This document shows positions 61,366 to 64,000 of a DNA stretch of 64,000 nucleotides, one piece after another. Every line of letters starts with the position of its first letter. The stretch's first letter is position 1. Made by a program: the position numbers and the translations under genes. The notes beneath the pieces were generated by a model. That model was not told the DNA's origin. It did not search any database and saw only the letters and a list, made by a program, of their open reading frames with translations. The DNA is from Candidatus Magasanikiibacteriota bacterium. GTDB taxonomy: Bacteria; Patescibacteriota; Patescibacteriia; Magasanikbacterales; UBA922. The stretch is taken from positions 10,503-74,502 of the forward strand of contig JBPOJQ010000003.1 of assembly GCA_052033375.1 (NCBI GenBank), written 5' to 3'.

Positions 61366-62373
61366 CTACTCCTCGGGGCAGTAGAAGTTGGTCCACCGGT
61401 TCAGGTCGCAGACGAGCCAGCAGCCGTGCTGCTCGGGCGTCGTCCCGACGAATACGTCCGCAGGCGCGTAGTTGTAGTGCGCGTCTGCGTTCGTGACACA
61501 ACGGTCCTCGCCGTTGTCGTTTCCGACAACGAAGTCAGACCCGACCTGGTTCACGAACTGCTGGACATTGAACAAGGCAACCTCACCCTCACAAATCGTG
61601 AGGGTGTGGCAGGAGCCAGCACCGTCCGGGCAGGACATCCAGATGGCCTCGGGCCACCCGAGGGAGCCCGCACCGCCAACCGACGCCTGAAAGCGCCAGT
61701 TCTGCTTCACCGTGAAGGTGAAGCACTCCGGCGAACCCTGATCTTCGCAGCGGTTCGAGGAGTTGTTGCACTCCTCGCCATCCCCGCAGTCGCCATCCTC
61801 GACGCAGCAACCGGGGATGGGCGTGTTGTAGCACACACCACTCACCGTGTTGCGCCAATCTTCCGTGCAGATGTCTCCATCATCGCACGTGAAGGTTGCG
61901 TCATGGCAGGCGCCCCACTGGCCCCAGTGGCCGGCGGAGCACGTCCGCTCCTGCGTCCCCGTGTTACCGGTGCCGCAGGACTTCGACTGCTCGGACCCAT
62001 CGACGCACTCGTCGGGGTCTGCGCAGGTGCCCCACTGGCCCCAGTGGCCGGTGGTGGCGCACGTCCTCGTCTTCGTCCCGCGACCATTGAGGCCGCAGGA
62101 CACCTGCTCGGTCGCGCCGACCGAGCACTGCTGGGTGGGGGGGAACGGCGTGCTGTCGCACACGTTCCCTCTGCCGTCGCCGTCCGCGTCCGCCTGATCC
62201 TGGTTCGGATCGGCGGGGCAGTTGTCGGCGTCGTCCTTGACGCCGTCGTTGTCGAAGTCGGTGTCGGTGTCGGTGCAGTCGTCGCAGCCCTCCTCGGGCT
62301 GCTTCTCCCAGTCGCACGCGACCGCGACGATGATGAACGACGACGACAGGACGAACATGGTGATGTTCTTCAT
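61366..62373 (-). CDS. Lipoprotein with TSP3 repeats and a cysteine-rich C-terminal region (family member)
   Basis: Lipobox VAVAC with Asp at +2. TSP3 units DFDNDGVKDDADNCPADPNQDQADADGDGRGNVCD. Cysteine-rich C-terminus. SD GGAAAGGAA upstream. GC-rich. Confidence 0.65.
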   Translation of the reverse strand: MKNITMFVLSSSFIIVAVACDWEKQPEEGCDDCTDTDTDFDNDGVKDDADNCPADPNQDQADADGDGRGNVCDSTPFPPTQQCSVGATEQVSCGLNGRGTKTRTCATTGHWGQWGTCADPDECVDGSEQSKSCGTGNTGTQERTCSAGHWGQWGACHDATFTCDDGDICTEDWRNTVSGVCYNTPIPGCCVEDGDCGDGEECNNSSNRCEDQGSPECFTFTVKQNWRFQASVGGAGSLGWPEAIWMSCPDGAGSCHTLTICEGEVALFNVQQFVNQVGSDFVVGNDNGEDRCVTNADAHYNYAPADVFVGTTPEQHGCWLVCDLNRWTNFYCPEE

Positions 62374-62459
62374 GACTATTCCTTTCCCCCTGTCTGAGGG
62401 GGACTCTCGAGTGATCTCGCCGGAAACCTTCCGGCGAACATTGTAACGCTATGGTACTT

Positions 62460-62512
62460 CCGCAGCGTGTAGAGAACATATTTTTGTAAAAACACACTCT
62501 CTACACACTGCG
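62460..62512. repeat. Inverted repeat (16-bp arms, one mismatch, 21-nt AT-rich spacer) upstream of the 61366-62373 gene
   Basis: ccgcagcgtgtagaga...tctctacacactgcgg. A second, perfect 7-bp inverted repeat tacagaa-tttc-ttctgta lies at 62531-62548. Confidence 0.6.
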
Positions 62513-62749
62513 GATTTGTAAGGTACATGTACAGAATTTCTTCTGTATATGAAGTAGTGTCCACCTGTCTACTCCCTATACAATAGAAATACGTATCATA
62601 ATTTTTCTCACCTTATTCCCCACATCCATATGATATGAAGAGTAAGTTGAGCTCTGGAGAACGAGAAGGTGCCACCCTTCATACGTTTTCCAGAGCGATC
62701 GATTCCCGAGCCCTCATTTTCCTCCGAAGAGGTATTGAGGAGCTCCTGA

Positions 62750-63577
62750 CTAGAACCGATATCCGGCGGTGAACACACCGCCGAGACCAAAGGAGATCTC
62801 CTCCGGTCTCATCTCGACACCGAGGATGGCGTCGAGACCGAGCACCGCTCTCCGATCTTCCCCGAGGAAGTACCGGATTGCAGGCCCGAGGCCCGCCGTG
62901 AAGTGATCCGTTCGGCTGAAATTACCGTGATCGACCAGCGTGCCGACCACGATCCCACCCGTAAGGAACCCTTCTCCCCAGAGGTAACCGGTCCGTGCGG
63001 ACCAGCCGAACCCATGGGGCGATGCCCCCGCACCGGCGACGAGGAAGAATTCCCCGCCCTGGTTCGGAAACACCAGACCGACTTCGACGCCAGCTGAGAG
63101 GCCGACGAGATCACTCGCCAGCCACCCGCCGAGGCCGAACATCGGCCCCCCGAGCTTGTCGATCTTGCCCTTGATGCCGGCGACCTCGACCTCGAGCTTG
63201 TCGATCTTGCCCTTGATGCCGGCGACCTCCGCACCGAGCTGTTTGCACTGCCCGAGCAGGGTCACCAGGTCCGCGGACGGACCCTTGACCTCCATGAGCG
63301 CCCCCTCGAGGGACGTGATCTTCCCCTCGAGGGACGTGATCTTCCCCTCGAGGTTCTGATCTGTCCTGCGGAGAGCTCCTGCCCTGCGGAGAGCTCCTGC
63401 CCTCCACTTCTCCTTCTCGACCTCGAAGCGAATCGCCTCGAGGTCGACGAGTGCTGCGCGAGCCTTGTCGACCGCCCCCTTTCGGATCTGGTCGAACTGC
63501 TCTTGGGCGGTGGGCTCTGCAGCCTGCACCGGCGACGCGACCAGCATCAGCATGGCCGCAACGATCATCATCATTCC
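62750..63577 (-). CDS. Secreted coiled-coil protein with in-frame tandem repeats and a Gly-rich beta C-terminal domain ending in Phe (outer-membrane-barrel-like)
   Basis: Probable start at MMMIVAAMLMLVASPVQA-AEP (signal peptide). The ORF-track start at 63895 adds an Arg-rich extension that looks artefactual. Repeats: AGALRR x2, LEGKITS x2 and a 14-aa unit built on AGIKGKIDKL x2. C-terminal ...GGVFTAGYRF. Confidence 0.5.
   Translation of the reverse strand, partial: GMMMIVAAMLMLVASPVQAAEPTAQEQFDQIRKGAVDKARAALVDLEAIRFEVEKEKWRAGALRRAGALRRTDQNLEGKITSLEGKITSLEGALMEVKGPSADLVTLLGQCKQLGAEVAGIKGKIDKLEVEVAGIKGKIDKLGGPMFGLGGWLASDLVGLSAGVEVGLVFPNQGGEFFLVAGAGASPHGFGWSARTGYLWGEGFLTGGIVVGTLVDHGNFSRTDHFTAGLGPAIRYFLGEDRRAVLGLDAILGVEMRPEEISFGLGGVFTAGYRF
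63152..63401. repeat. Nucleotide-level tandem duplications inside the coiled-coil gene
   Basis: A 42-nt unit x2 at 63152-63235 (36 nt identical), a 21-nt unit x2 at 63303-63344, and an 18-nt unit x2 at 63366-63401. Confidence 0.7.
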
Positions 63578-63621
63578 CTTCACGGCATTTCTCCTTCCCC
63601 TCCGTGAGGAGGGGACGTGAC

Positions 63622-63945
63622 TCAGTTGTTGCTGCCCTTGTCGATCTGGCCGCCGAAGGCGACCGTTCCGAGACGCCAGCACCGTGCTGCCGCCTCGTCG
63701 TCTTCTGCCTGGATCAGGCACTTCGCTGCCCTCTGGCACTCGAGTCCCTGATCCTCGTCGCCGGTCTTGTCGACGAATTCGTACACGCACTCCTTGAGTG
63801 CGAGTTCGAATTTCTCGTCCACGTTTCTGCCCTTGGCGGCACCGCGGAAGACCGTCTCGATCCCACCCTCGAAGGTGGCGACGACGACCGACCACTCCTG
63901 ATCGGTGAAGAAGCCACCGGGGCGGAGCCCCTTGACCTGCGTCAT
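63622..63945 (-). CDS. Hypothetical GC-rich ORF; may extend beyond the window edge
   Basis: Open frame with codon-like periodicity in a GC-rich context. No recognisable motif. Confidence 0.25.
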   Translation of the reverse strand: MTQVKGLRPGGFFTDQEWSVVVATFEGGIETVFRGAAKGRNVDEKFELALKECVYEFVDKTGDEDQGLECQRAAKCLIQAEDDEAAARCWRLGTVAFGGQIDKGSNN

Positions 63946-64000
63946 GACGCAGGTCCCGAACTCGTCCCCGGACAGCCCTTTGCAGGGATCCGCCGGGTTC

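Noticed and set aside
63578-63895. Arg-rich N-terminal extension of the 62750-63895 ORF
   Set aside because: It is an RGRR-rich low-complexity translation of GC-rich DNA. A clean signal peptide begins at the internal MMMIVAAMLMLVASPVQA.
1-64000. tRNA, rRNA, integrase or transposase genes that could explain the islands
   Set aside because: No cloverleaf-compatible sequence with a TΨC-like GGTTCGAAT box was found in the intergenic spacers I read. No recombinase or transposase motif turned up in any frame. Absence is based on manual reading only.
46286-64000. Assembly chimera as the explanation for the GC-rich segments
   Set aside because: The 46.4-48.3 kb island is flanked on both sides by AT-rich cluster genes on the same contig, and the island junctions carry organised terminators and promoters. 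This cannot be excluded without read-level data.

Overview
AT-rich, tightly packed bacterial DNA. Most genes overlap or sit a few nucleotides apart, and the backbone genes I checked have no Shine-Dalgarno sequence, which fits a Patescibacteria/CPR-like or similar low-GC lineage, but taxonomy cannot be settled from this window alone. Almost the whole window is one very large cell-surface glycan or protein-glycosylation supercluster. It holds an initiating phosphoglycosyltransferase, at least 9 GT2, 6 GT4 and 1-2 GT-C glycosyltransferases, two Wzy_C/O-antigen-ligase-like proteins (one fused to TPR repeats), a Wzx-like flippase, and UDP-GlcA/UDP-Xyl supply enzymes (UDP-glucose dehydrogenase plus UDP-glucuronate decarboxylase). 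It also holds several SDR epimerases and reductases, two DegT-type aminotransferases, an AsnB-type amidotransferase, at least six SAM methyltransferases and two acetyltransferases. A 1229-aa Ser/Thr-rich surface (S-layer-like) protein sits next to this machinery, and an ECF sigma/anti-sigma pair lies beside it. Set into this backbone are three visibly GC-rich islands, roughly 28.4-29.2 kb, 46.4-48.3 kb and 57.7-64.0 kb. Their genes carry strong GGAGG-type ribosome-binding sites and each has its own rho-independent terminator. They encode a NUDIX-like protein and a paralogous family of five cysteine-rich lipoproteins built from thrombospondin-type-3 calcium-binding repeats, Myxococcus-type cysteine-rich repeats and a shared C-terminal module. 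A coiled-coil protein with tandem repeats and an outer-membrane-barrel-like end also sits in the last island. An excisionase-family HTH gene with a three-copy palindromic operator lies at the edge of one island. Long inverted repeats recur in the AT-rich spacers next to the GC-rich genes. No rRNA, tRNA or CRISPR array was found.
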